From the NCBI RefSeq assembly GCF_009914755.1, contig NC_060944.1: 64,000 nucleotides of DNA; one strand, given 5' to 3'. The notes below the pieces were generated by a model. It made no database searches and was not told the origin of the DNA. It saw nothing but the letters and a program-made list of their open reading frames with translations. Origin of the DNA: the human T2T-CHM13v2.0 reference genome, Homo sapiens. The position numbers and the translations under genes are program-made. Positions 22,346 through 34,400 of the stretch are shown here, piece after piece (positions within the stretch are counted from its first letter, which is position 1; each line of letters starts with the position of its first letter).

Positions 22346-25300
22346 CATTCTCAGAAACTTCTTTGTGATGTGTGTAGTCAACTCACAGAGTTGAACCTTT
22401 CTTTTGATACAGCACTTTTGAAACACTCTTTTTGTAGAATCTGCAAGTGGTTATTTGGATAGCTTTGAGGCTTTGATTGGAAACGGGAATATCTTCACAG
22501 AAAAACTAGACAGAAGCATTCTCAGAAACTTCTTTATGAAGTTCGCATTCAACTCACAGAGTTGAACTTTCCGTTCCATACAGCAGTTTTGAAACTCTCT
22601 TTTTCTAGAATCTGTAAGTGGAAACTTGGAGCGCTTCGAGGCCTATGGTGAAAAAGGGAATATCTTTCCATAAAAAGTAGACAGAAGAATGCTCAGTAAC
22701 TACTTTGTGACGTGTGTACTCAACTCACAGAGTTGAACTTTTCTTTTGAAAGAGAAGTTTTGAAACACTCTTTTTGTAGAATCTGCAAATGGGTATGTAG
22801 CCTGCTTTGAGGCCTTCATTGGAAACGGGAATATCTTCACATAAAACTAGACAGAAGCATTCTCAGAAACTTCGTTGTGATGTGTGCATTCAACTCCCAG
22901 AGTGGAAACTCTCTTTTGATAGATCAGTTCTGAAACAATCTTTTTGTGGTAACTGGAAGTGGACGTTTGGAGCGATTCGAGGCCTATGGTGAAAAAGGCA
23001 ATATCTTCACCTAAAAAGTAGACAGAAGCATTCTCAGAAACTGCTTTGTGATATGTGTAGTCAACTCACGGAGTTGAAACTTGGTTTTGATGCAGCAGTT
23101 TTGAAACACTCTTTTTGTTAGAATCTTCAAGTGGATATTTGGATAACTTTGAGGATTTCATTGGAAACGGGAATATCTACACATAAGAACTAGACAGAAG
23201 CATTCTCAGAAAGTTCTTTATGAAGTTCGCATTCAACTCACAGAGTTGTACCTTCCTTTTCACACAGCAGTTTTGAGACATTCTTTTTGTAGAATCTGCA
23301 AGTGGACACTTGGAGTGATTTGACACCTAGGGTGAAAAAGGAATGTCTTCACATAAAAAGTAGACAGAAGAATTCTCAGAAACGACTTTCTGATGTGTGT
23401 ACTCAACTCACAGAGTTAAACCTTTCCTTTGATACAGCAGTTCGGAAACACTCTTCTTGTAGACTTTACAAGCGGATATAAGGGCAGCAGTGAGGATTTC
23501 ATCGGAAACGGAATATCTTCACATAAAAGCAGACAGAAGCATTCTCAGAAAGTTCTTTGTAATGTGTGCATTCAACTCACAGAGTTGAAACTTTCTTTTG
23601 ATACAGCAGATTGGAAGCCCTCTTTTTGTAGAATTCGCAGGTGGATATATGGACAGCTTTGAGGCCTTCCCTGGAAACGAGTGTATCTTCACATAAACAC
23701 TAGACAGAAGCATCCTCAGAAACTTGTTGGTGATGCTTGCATTCAACTCACAGAATTGAACGTTTCTTTTCCTAGAGCAGTTTTGAAACACTCTTTTTGT
23801 AGTATCTGGAAGTGGACATTTGGAGCACTTTGAGTCCTAGGGTGAAAAAGGAAATATCTTCACATAAAAACTAGACAGAAGCATTCTCTGAAACTTCTTG
23901 GTTATGTGTGTACTCAACTCACAGAGTTGAACTTTTCTTCTCATAGATCAGATTTGAAACACTCTTTTTGTAGAGCCTGCAAGTGCATATTTGGATAGCT
24001 TTGAGGATTTCATTGGAAACGGGAATATCTTCCCATAAAAATTAGAAAGAAGCATTCTCAGAAACTTCTTTGTGATGCTTGCATTCAACTCACTGAGTTG
24101 AACATTCCCTTTCATACAGCAGTTTTGAAACACTCTTTTTGTAGTATCTGGAAGTGGACCTTTGGAGCGCTTTGAGGCCTAGGGTGAAAAAGGAAATATC
24201 CTCACCTAAAAACTAGACAGAAGCATTCCCAGAAACTACTTTGTGATGTGTGTAGTCAACTCACAGAGTTGAACCTTTCTTTTGATACAGCAGTTTTGAA
24301 ACACTCTTTTTGTAGAATGTGCAAGTGGTTATTTTGATAGCTTTGGGGCTTTCATTGGAAACGGAAATATCTTCACATAAAAACTAGACAGAAGCATTCT
24401 CAGAAACTTCTTTATGAAGTTTGCATTCAACTCACAGAGTTGAACATTCCGTTCCATACAGCAGTTTTGAAACTCTCTTTTTCTAGAATCTTTAAGTGGA
24501 AACTTGGAGCGCTTCGAGGCCTATGGTGAAAAAGGGAATATCTTCCCATAAAAAGTAGACAGAAGAATTCTCAGTAAATACTTTGTGATTTGGGTACTCA
24601 ACTCACAGAGTTGAACTTTTCTTTTAAAAGAGAAGTTTTGAAACACTCTTTTTGTAGAATCTGCAAATGGGTATTTAGCCTGCTTTGAGGCCTTCATTGG
24701 AACGGGAATATCTTCACATAAAACTAGACAGAAGCATTCTCAGAAACTTCGTTGTGATGTGTGCATTCAACTCCCAGAGTTGAACCTCTCTTTTGATAGA
24801 GCAGTTCTGAAACAATCTTTTTGTGGTATCTGGAAGTGGACGTTTGGAGCGATTCGAGGCCTATGGTGAAAAAGGCAATATCTTCACCTAAAAACTAGAC
24901 AGAAGCATTCTCAGAAACTGCTTTGTGATATTTGTAGTCAACTCACGGAGTTGAAACTTGGTTTTGATGCAGCAGTTTTGAAACACTCTTTTTGACAGAA
25001 TCTTCATGTGGATATTTGTATAGCTTTGAGGATTTCATTGGAAACGGGAATATCTACACAAAAGAACTAGACAGAAGCATTCTCAGAAAGTTCTTTATGA
25101 AGTTCGCATTCAATTCACAGAGTTGTACCTTCCTTTTCACACAGCAGTTTTGAGACATTCTTTTTGTGGAATCTGCAAGTGGACACTTGGAGTGATTTGA
25201 CACCTAGGGTGAAATAGGAATGTCTTCCCATAAAAAGTAGACAGAAGCATTCTCAGGAACGACTTTCTGATTTGTGTACTCAACTCACAGAGTTAAACCT

Positions 25301-28300
25301 TTCCTTTGATACAGCAGTTCGGAAACACTCTTCTTGTAGACTTTACAAGCGGCTATAAGGACAGCAGTGAGGATTTCATCGGAAACGGAATATCTTCACA
25401 TAAAAGCAGACAGAAGCATTCTCAGAAAGTTCTTTGTAATGTGTGCATTCAACTGACAGTGTTGAAACTTTCTTTTGATAGAGCAGATTGGAAGCCCTCT
25501 TTTTGTAGAATTTGCAAGTGGATATCTGGACAGCTTTGAGGCCTTCCCTGGAAAGGAGTGTATCTTCACATAAACACCAGACAGAAGCATCCTCAGAAAC
25601 TTGTTGGTGATGCTTGCATTCAACTCACAGAATTGAACGTTTCTTTTCCTAGAGCAGTTTTGAAACACTCTTTTTGTAGTATCTGGAAGTGGACATTTGG
25701 AGCACTTTGAGGCCTAGGGTGAAAAAGGAAGTATCTTCACATAAAAACTAGACAGAAGCATTCTCTGAAACTTCTTTGTGATGTGTGTACTCAACTCACA
25801 GAGTTGAACTTTTCTTCTCATAGATCAGATTTGAAACACTCTTTTTGTAGAGCCTGAAAGTGCATATTTGGATAGCTTTGAGGATTTCATTGGAAACGGG
25901 AATATCTTCCCATAAAAACTAGAAAGAAGCATTCTCAGAAACTTCTTTGTGATGCTTGCATTCAACTCACAGAGTTGACCATTGGCTTTCATACAATAGT
26001 TTTGAAACACTCTTTTTGTAGTATCTGGAAGTGGACCTTTGGAGCGCTTTGAGGCCTGGGGTGAAAAAGGAAATATCCTCACCTAAAAACTAGACAGAAG
26101 CATTCTCAGAAATTTCTTTGTGATGTGTGTAGTCAACTCACAGAGTTGAACCTTTCTTTTGATACAGCAGTTTTGAAACACTCTTTTTGTAGAATCTGCA
26201 AATGGTTATTTTGATAGCTTTGAGGCTTTGATTGGAAACGGGAATATCTTCACAGAAAAACTAGACAGAAGCATTCTCAGAAACTTCTTTATGAAGTTTG
26301 CATTCAACACACAGAGTTGAACATTCCGTTCCATACAGCAGTTTTGAAACTCTCTTTTTCTAGAATCTGTAAGTGGAAACTTGGAGCGCTTCGAGGCCTA
26401 TGGTGAAAAAGGGAATATCTTCCCATAAAAAGTAGACAGAAGAATTCTCAGTAAATACTTTGTGATTTGGGTACTCAACTCACAGAGTTGAACTTTTCTT
26501 TTGAAAGAGAAGTTTTGAAACACTCTTTTTGTAGAATCTGCAAATGGGTATTTAGCCTGATTTGAGGCCTTCAGTTGAACGGGAATATCTTCACATAAAA
26601 CTAGACAGAAGCATTCTCAGAAACTTCGTTGTGATGTGTGCATTCAACTCCCAGAGTTGAACCTCTCTTTTGATAGAGCAGTTCTGAAACAATCTTTTTG
26701 TGGTATCTGGAAGTGGACGTTTGGAGCGATTCGAGGCCTATGGTGAAAAAGGCAATATCTTCACCTAAAAACTAGACAGAAGCATTCTCAGAAACTGCTT
26801 TGTGATATTTGTAGTCAACTCACGGAGTTGAAACTTGGTTTTGATGCAGCAGTTTTGAAACACTCTTTTTGACAGAATCTTCATGTGGATATTTGTATAG
26901 CTTTGAGGCTTTCATTGGAAACGGGAATATCTACACATAAGAACTAGACAGAAGCATTCTCAGAAAGTTCTTTATGAAGTTCGCATTCAACTCACAGAGT
27001 TGTACCTTCCTTTTCACACAGCAGTTTTGAGACATTCTTTTTGTAGAATCTGCAAGTGGACACTTGGAGTGATTTGACACCTAGGGTGAAAAAGGAATGT
27101 ATTCCCATAAAAAGTCGATAGAAGCATTCTCAGAAACGACTTTCTGATTTGTGTACTCAACTCACATAGTTAAACCTTTCCTTTGATACAGCAGTTCGGA
27201 AACACTCTTCTTGTAGACTTTACAAGCGGATACAAGGACAGCAGTGAGGATTTCATCGGAAACGGAATATCTTCACATAAAAGCAGACAGAAGCATTCTC
27301 AGAAAGTTCTTTGTAATGTGTGCATTCAACTCACAGAGTTGAAACTTTCTTTTGATAGAGCAGATTGGAAGCAATCTTTTTGTAGAATTTGCAAGTGGAT
27401 ATCCGGACAGTTTGAGGCCTTCCCTGGAAACGAGTGTATCTTCACATAAACACCAGACAGAAGCATCCTCAGAAACTTGTTGGTGATGTTTGCATTCAAC
27501 TCACAGAATTGAACGTTTCTTTTCCTAGAGCAGTTTTGAAACACTCTTTTTGTAGTATCTGGAAGTGGACATTTGGAGCACTTTGAGGCCTAGGGTGAAA
27601 AAGGAAATATCTTCACATAAAAACTAGACAGGAGCATTCTCTGAAACTTCTTTGGGATGTGTGTACTCAACTCACAGAGTTGAACTTTTCTTCCCATGGA
27701 TCAGATTTCAAACCGTCTTTTTGTAGATTCTGCAAGTGCATATTTGGATAGCTTTGAGGATTTCATTGGAAACGGGAATATCTTCCCATAAAAACTAGAA
27801 AGAAGCATTCTCAGAAACTTCTTTGTGATGCTTGCATTCATCTCACAGAGTTGAACATTGCCTTTCATACAGCAGTTTTGAAACACTCTTTTTGTAGTAT
27901 CTGGAAGTGGACCTTTGGCGCGCTTTGAGGCCTAGGGTGAAAAAGGAAATATCCTCACCTAAAAACTAGACAGAAGCATTCTCAGAAACTTCTTTGTGAT
28001 GTGTGTAGTCAACTCACAGAGTTGAACCTTTCTTTTGATACAGCAGTTTTGAAACACTCTTTTTGTAGAATCTGCAAGTGGTTATTTTGATAGCTTTGAG
28101 GCTTTCATTGGAATCGGGAATACCTTCACATAATAACTAGACAGAAGCATTCTCAGAAACTTCTTTATGAAGTTTGCATTCAACTCACAGGGTTGAACTT
28201 TCCGTTCCATACAGCGGTTTTGAAACTCTCTTTTTCTAGAATCTGAAAGTGGAAACTTGGAGCGCTTCGAGGCCTATGGTGAAAAAGGGAATATCTTCCC

Positions 28301-28499
28301 ATGAAAAGTAGACAGAAGAATTCTCAGTAACTACTTTGTGATGTGGGTACTCAACTCACAGAGTTGAACTTTTCTTTTGAAAGAGAAGTTTTGAAACACT
28401 CTTTTTGTAGAATCTGCAAATGGGTATTTAGCCTGCTTTGAGGCCTTCATTGGAAACGGGAATATCTTCACATAAAACTAGACAGAAGCATTCTCAGAA

Positions 28500-31400
28500 A
28501 CTTCGTTGTGATGTGTGCATTCAACTCCCAGAGTTGAAGCTCTCTTTTGATAGAGCAGTTCTGAAACAATCTTTTTGTGGTATCTGGAAGTGGACGTTTG
28601 GAGCGATTCGAGGCCTATGGTGAAAAAGGCAATATCTTCACCTAAAAATTCGACAGAAGCATTCTCAGAAACTGCTTTGTGATATGTGTAGTCAACTCAC
28701 AGATTTGAAACGTGGTTTTGATGCAGCAGTTTTGAAACACTCTTTTTGTTAGAATCTTCAAGTGGATATTTGGATAGCTTTGAGGCTTTCATTGGAAACG
28801 GGAATATCTACACATAAGAACTAGACAGAAGCATTCTCAGAAAGTTCTTTATGAAGTTCGAATTCAACTCACAGAGTTGTACCTTCCTTTTCACACAGCA
28901 GTTTTGAGACATTCTTTTTGTAGAATCTGCAAGTGGACATTTGGAGTGATTTGAGACTTAGGGTGAAAAAGGGATATCTTCCCATAAAAAGTTGACAGAA
29001 GCATTCTCAGAAACGACTTTCTGATTTGTGTACTCAACTCACAGAGTTAAACCTTTCCTTTGATACAGCAGTTTGGAAACACTCTTCTTGTAGAATTTAC
29101 AAGCGGATATAAGGACTGCAGTGAGGAATTCATCGGAAACGGAATATCTTCACATAAAAGTAGACAGAAGCATTCTCAGAAAGTTCTTTTTAATGTGTGC
29201 ATTCAACTCACAGAGTTGAAACTTTCTTTTGATGGAGCAGATTGGAAGCCCTCTTTTTGTAGAATTTGCAAGTGGATATCTGGACAGCTTTGAGGCCTTC
29301 CCTGGAAACGAGTGTATCTTCACATAAACACTAGACAGAAGCATCCTCAGAAACTTGTTGGTGATGCTTGCATTCAACTCACAGAATTGAACATTTCTTT
29401 TCCTAGAGCAGTTTTGAAACACTCTTTTTGTAGTATCTGGAAGTGGACAGTTGGAGCACTTTGAGGCCTAGGGTGAAAAAGGAAATATCTTCACATAAAA
29501 ACTAGACAGAAGCATTCTCTGAAACTTCTTGGTTATGTGTGTACTCAACTCACAGAGTTGAACTTATCTTCTCATAGATCAGATTTGAAACCCTCTTTTT
29601 GTAGAGTCTGCAAGTGCATATTTGGATAGCTTTGAGGATTTCATTGGAAACGGGAATATCTTCCCATAAAAACTAGAAAGAAGCATTCTCAGAAACTTCT
29701 TTGTGATGCTTGCATTCAACTCACTGAGTTGAACATTCCCTTTCATACAGCAGTTTTGAAACACTCTTTTTGTAGTATCTGGAAGTGGACCTTTGGAGCG
29801 CTTTGAGGCCTAGGGTGAAAAAGGAAATATCCTCACCTAAAAACTAGACAGAAGCATTCTCAGAAACTTCTTTGTGATGTGTGTAGTCAACTCACAGAGT
29901 TGAAACTTTCTTTTGATACAGCACTTTTGAAACACTCTTTTTGTAGAATCTGCAAGTGGTTATTTGGATAGCTTTGAGGCTTTGATTGGAAACGGGAATA
30001 TCTTCCCATAAAAACTAGACAGAAGCATTCTCAGAAACTTCTTTATGAAGTTTGCATTCAACTCACAGAGTTGAAGTTTCCGTTCCATACGGCAGTTTTG
30101 AAACTCTCTTTTTCTAGAATCTGTAAGTGGAAACTTGGAGCGCTTCGAGGCCTATGGTGGAAAAGGGAATATCTTCCCATAAAAAGTAGACAGAAGAATT
30201 CTCAGTAACTACTTTGTGATGTGTGTACTCAACTCACAGAGTTGAACTTTTCTTTTGAAAGAGAAGTTTTGAAACACTCTTTTTGTAGAATCTGCAAATG
30301 GGTATTTAGCCTGCTTTGAGGCCTTCATTGGAAACGGGAATATCTTCACATAAAACTAGACAGAAGCATTCTCAGAAACTTCGTTGTGATGTGTGCATTC
30401 AACTCCCAGAGTTGAAGCTCTCTTTTGATAGAGCAGTTCTGAAACAATCTTTTTGTGGTATCTGGAAGTGGACGTTTGGAGCGATTCGAGGCCTATGGTG
30501 AAAAAGGCAATATCTTCACCTAAAAATTCGACAGAAGCATTCTCAGAAACTGCTTTGTGATATGTGTAGTCAACTCACAGATTTGAAACGTGGTTTTGAT
30601 GCAGCAGTTTTGAAACACTCTTTTTGTTAGAATCTTCAAGTGGATATTTGGATAGCTTTGAGGCATTCATTGGAAACGGGAATATCTACACATAAGAACT
30701 AGACAGAAGCATTCTCAGAAAGTTCTTTATGAAGTTCGCATTCAACTCACAGAGTTGTACCTTCCTTTTCACACAGCAGTTTTGAGACATTCTTTTTGTA
30801 GAATCTGCAAGTGGACATTTGGAGTGATTTGAGACTTAGGGTGAAAAAGGGATATCTTCCCATAAAAAGTTGACAGAAGCATTCTCAGAAACGACTTTCT
30901 GATTTGTGTACTCAACTCACAGAGTTAAACGTTTCCTTTGATACAGCAGTTTGGAAACACTCTTCTTGTAGAATTTACAAGCGGATATAAGGACAGCAGT
31001 GAGGAATTCATCGGAAACGGAATATCTTCACATAAAAATAGACAGAAGCATTCTAAGAAAGTCCTTTGTAATGTGTGCATTCAACTCACAGAGTTGAAAC
31101 TTTCTTTTGATAGAGCAGATTGGAAGCCCTCTTTTTGTAGAATTTGCAAGTGGATATCTGGACAGCTTTGAGGCCTTCCCTGGAAACGAGTGTATCTTCA
31201 CATAAACACTAGACAGAAGCATCCTCAGAAACTTGTTGGTGATGCTTGCATTCAACTCACAGAATTGAACATTTCTTTTCCTAGAGCAGTTTTGAAACAC
31301 TCTTTTTGTAGTATCTGGAAGTGGACAGTTGGAGCACTTTGAGGCCTAGGGTGAAAAAGGAAATATCTTCACATAAAAACTAGACAGAAGCATTCTCTGA

Positions 31401-34400
31401 AACTTCTTGGTTATGTGTGTACTCAACTCACAGAGTTGAACTTATCTTCTCATAGATCAGATTTGAAACCCTCTTTTTGTAGAGTCTGCAAGTGCATATT
31501 TGGATAGCTTTGAGGATTTCATTGGAAACGGGAATATCTTCCCATAAAAACTAGAAAGAAGCATTCTCAGAAACTTCTTTGTGATGCTTGCATTCAACTC
31601 ACTGAGTTGAACATTCCCTTTCATACAGCAGTTCTCAAACACTCTTTTTGTAGTATCTGGAAGTGGACCTTTGGAGCGCTTTGAGGCCTAGGGTGAAAAA
31701 GGAAATATCCTCACCTAAAAACTAGACAGAAGCATTCTCAGAAACTTCTTTGTGATGTGTGTAGTCAACTCACAGAGTTGAACCTTTCTTTTGATACAGC
31801 ACTTTTGAAACACTCTTTTTGTAGAATCTGCAAGTGGTTATTTGGATAGCTTTGAGGCTTTGATTGGAAACGGGAATATCTTCCCAGAAAAACTAGACAG
31901 AAGCATTCTCAGAAACTTCTTTATGAAGTTTGCATTCAACTCACAGAGTTGAAGTTTCCGTTCCATACGGCAGTTTTGAAACTCTCTTTTTCTAGAATCT
32001 GTAAGTGGAAACTTGGAGCGCTTCGAGGCCTATGGTGGAAAAGGGAATATCTTCCCATAAAAAGTAGACAGAAGAATTCTCAGTAACTACTTTGTGATGT
32101 GTGTACTCAACTCACAGAGTTGAACTTTTCTTTTGAAAGAGAAGTTTTGAAACACTCTTTTTGTAGAATCTGCAAATGGGTATTTAGCCTGCTTTGAGGC
32201 CTTCATTGGAAACGGGAATATCTTCACATAAAACTAGACAGAAGCATTCTCAGAAACTTCGTTGTGATGTGTGCATTCAACTCCCAGAGTTGAAGCTCTC
32301 TTTTGATAGAGCAGTTCTGAAACAATCTTTTTGTGGTATCTGGAAGTGGACGTTTGGAGCGATTCGAGGCCTATGGTGAAAAAGGCAATATCTTCACCTA
32401 AAAACTAGACAGAAGCATTCTCAGAAACTGCTTTGTGATATGTGTAGTCAACTCACAGATTTGAAACGTGGTTTTGATGCAGCAGTTTTGAAACACTCTT
32501 TTTGTTAGAATCTTCAAGTGGATATTTGGATAGCTTTGAGGCATTCATTGGAAACGGGAATATCTACACATAAGAACTAGACAGAAGCATTCTCAGAAAG
32601 TTCTTTATGAAGTTCGCATTCAACTCACAGAGTTGTACCTTCCTTTTCACACAGCAGTTTTGAGACATTCTTTTTGTAGAATCTGCAAGTGGACATTTGG
32701 AGTGATTTGAGACTTAGGGTGAAAAAGGGATATCTTCCAATAAAAAGTTGACAGAAGCATTCTCAGAAACGACTTTCTGATTTGTGTACTCAACTCACAG
32801 AGTTAAACCTTTCCTTTGATACAGCAGTTTGGAAACACTCTTCTTGTAGAATTTACAAGCGGATATAAGGACAGCATTGAGGAATTCATCGGAAACGGAA
32901 TATCTTCACATAAAAATAGACAGAAGCATTCTCAGAAAGTCCTTTGTAATGTGTGCATTCAACTCACAGAGTTGAAACTTTCTTTTGATAGAGCAGATTG
33001 GAAGCCCTCTTTTTGTAGAATTTGCAAGTGGATATCTGGACAGCTTTGAGGCCTTCCCTGGAAACGAGTGTATCTTCACATAAACACTAGACAGAAGCAT
33101 CCTCAGAAACTTGTTGGTGATGCTTGCATTCAACTCACAGAATTGAACATTTCTTTTCCTAGAGCAGTTTTGAAACACTCTTTTTGTAGTATCTGGAAGT
33201 GGACAGTTGGAGCACTTTGAGGCCTAGGGTGAAAAAGGAAATATCTTCACATAAAAACTAGACAGAAGCATTCTCTGAAACTTCTTGGTTATGTGTGTAC
33301 TCAACTCACAGAGTTGAACTTATCTTCTCATAGATCAGATTTGAAACCCTCTTTTTGTAGAGTCTGCAAGTGCATATTTGGATAGCTTTGAGGATTTCAT
33401 TGGAAACGGGAATATCTTCCCATAAAAACTAGAAAGAAGCATTCTCAGAAACTTCTTTGTGATGCTTGCATTCAACTCACTGAGTTGAACATTCCCTTTC
33501 ATACAGCAGTTCTCAAACACTCTTTTTGTAGTATCTGGAAGTGGACCTTTGGAGCGCTTTGAGGCCTAGGGTGAAAAAGGAAATATCCTCACCTAAAAAC
33601 TAGACAGAAGCATTCTCAGAAACTTCTTTGTGATGTGTGTAGTCAACTCACAGAGTTGAACCTTTCTTTTGATACAGCACTTTTGAAACACTCTTTTTGT
33701 AGAATCTGCAAGTGGTTATTTGGATAGCTTTGAGGCTTTGATTGGAATCGGGAATATCTTCACATAAAAACTAGACAGAAGCATTCTCAGAAACTTCTTT
33801 ATGAAGTTTGCATTCAACTCACAGAGTTGAAGTTTCCGTTCCATACAGCAGTTTTGAAACTCTCTTTTTCTAGAATCTGTAAGTGGAAACTTGGAGCGCT
33901 TCGAGGCCTATGGTGGAAAAGGGAATATCTTCCCATAAAAAGTAGACAGAAGAATTCTCAGTAACTACTTTGTGATGTGTGTACTCAACTCACAGAGTTG
34001 AACTTTTCTTTTGAAAGAGAAGTTTTGAAACACTCTTTTTGTAGAATCTGCAAATGGGTATTTAGCCTGCTTTGAGGCCTTCATTGGAAACGGGAATATC
34101 TTCACATAAAACTAGACAGAAGCATTCTCAGAAACTTCGTTGTGATGTGTGCATTCAACTCCCAGAGTTGAAGCTCTCTTTTGATAGAGCAGTTCTGAAA
34201 CAATCTTTTTGTGGTATCTGGAAGTGGACGTTTGGAGCGATTCGAGGCCTATGGTGAAAAAGGCAATATCTTCACCTAAAAATTAGACAGAAGCATTCTC
34301 AGAAACTGTTTGTGATATGTGTAGTCAACTCACAGATTTGAAACGTGGTTTTGATGCAGCAGTTTTGAAACACTCTTTTTGTTAGAATCTTCAAGTGGAT

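Larger units (their letters stand above)
1..28300 (+). repeat. Left HOR haplotype domain (heterogeneous, at least two interleaved subtypes, contains both structural variants)
   Basis: Typical alleles are GTTGAACCTCTC, TCACGGAGTTG, GTTCGGAAAC, GAGGATTTCATCGG, GGTGAAAAAGGG and GAACTTTTCTTCTC. Units carry many private substitutions. Confidence 0.85.
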
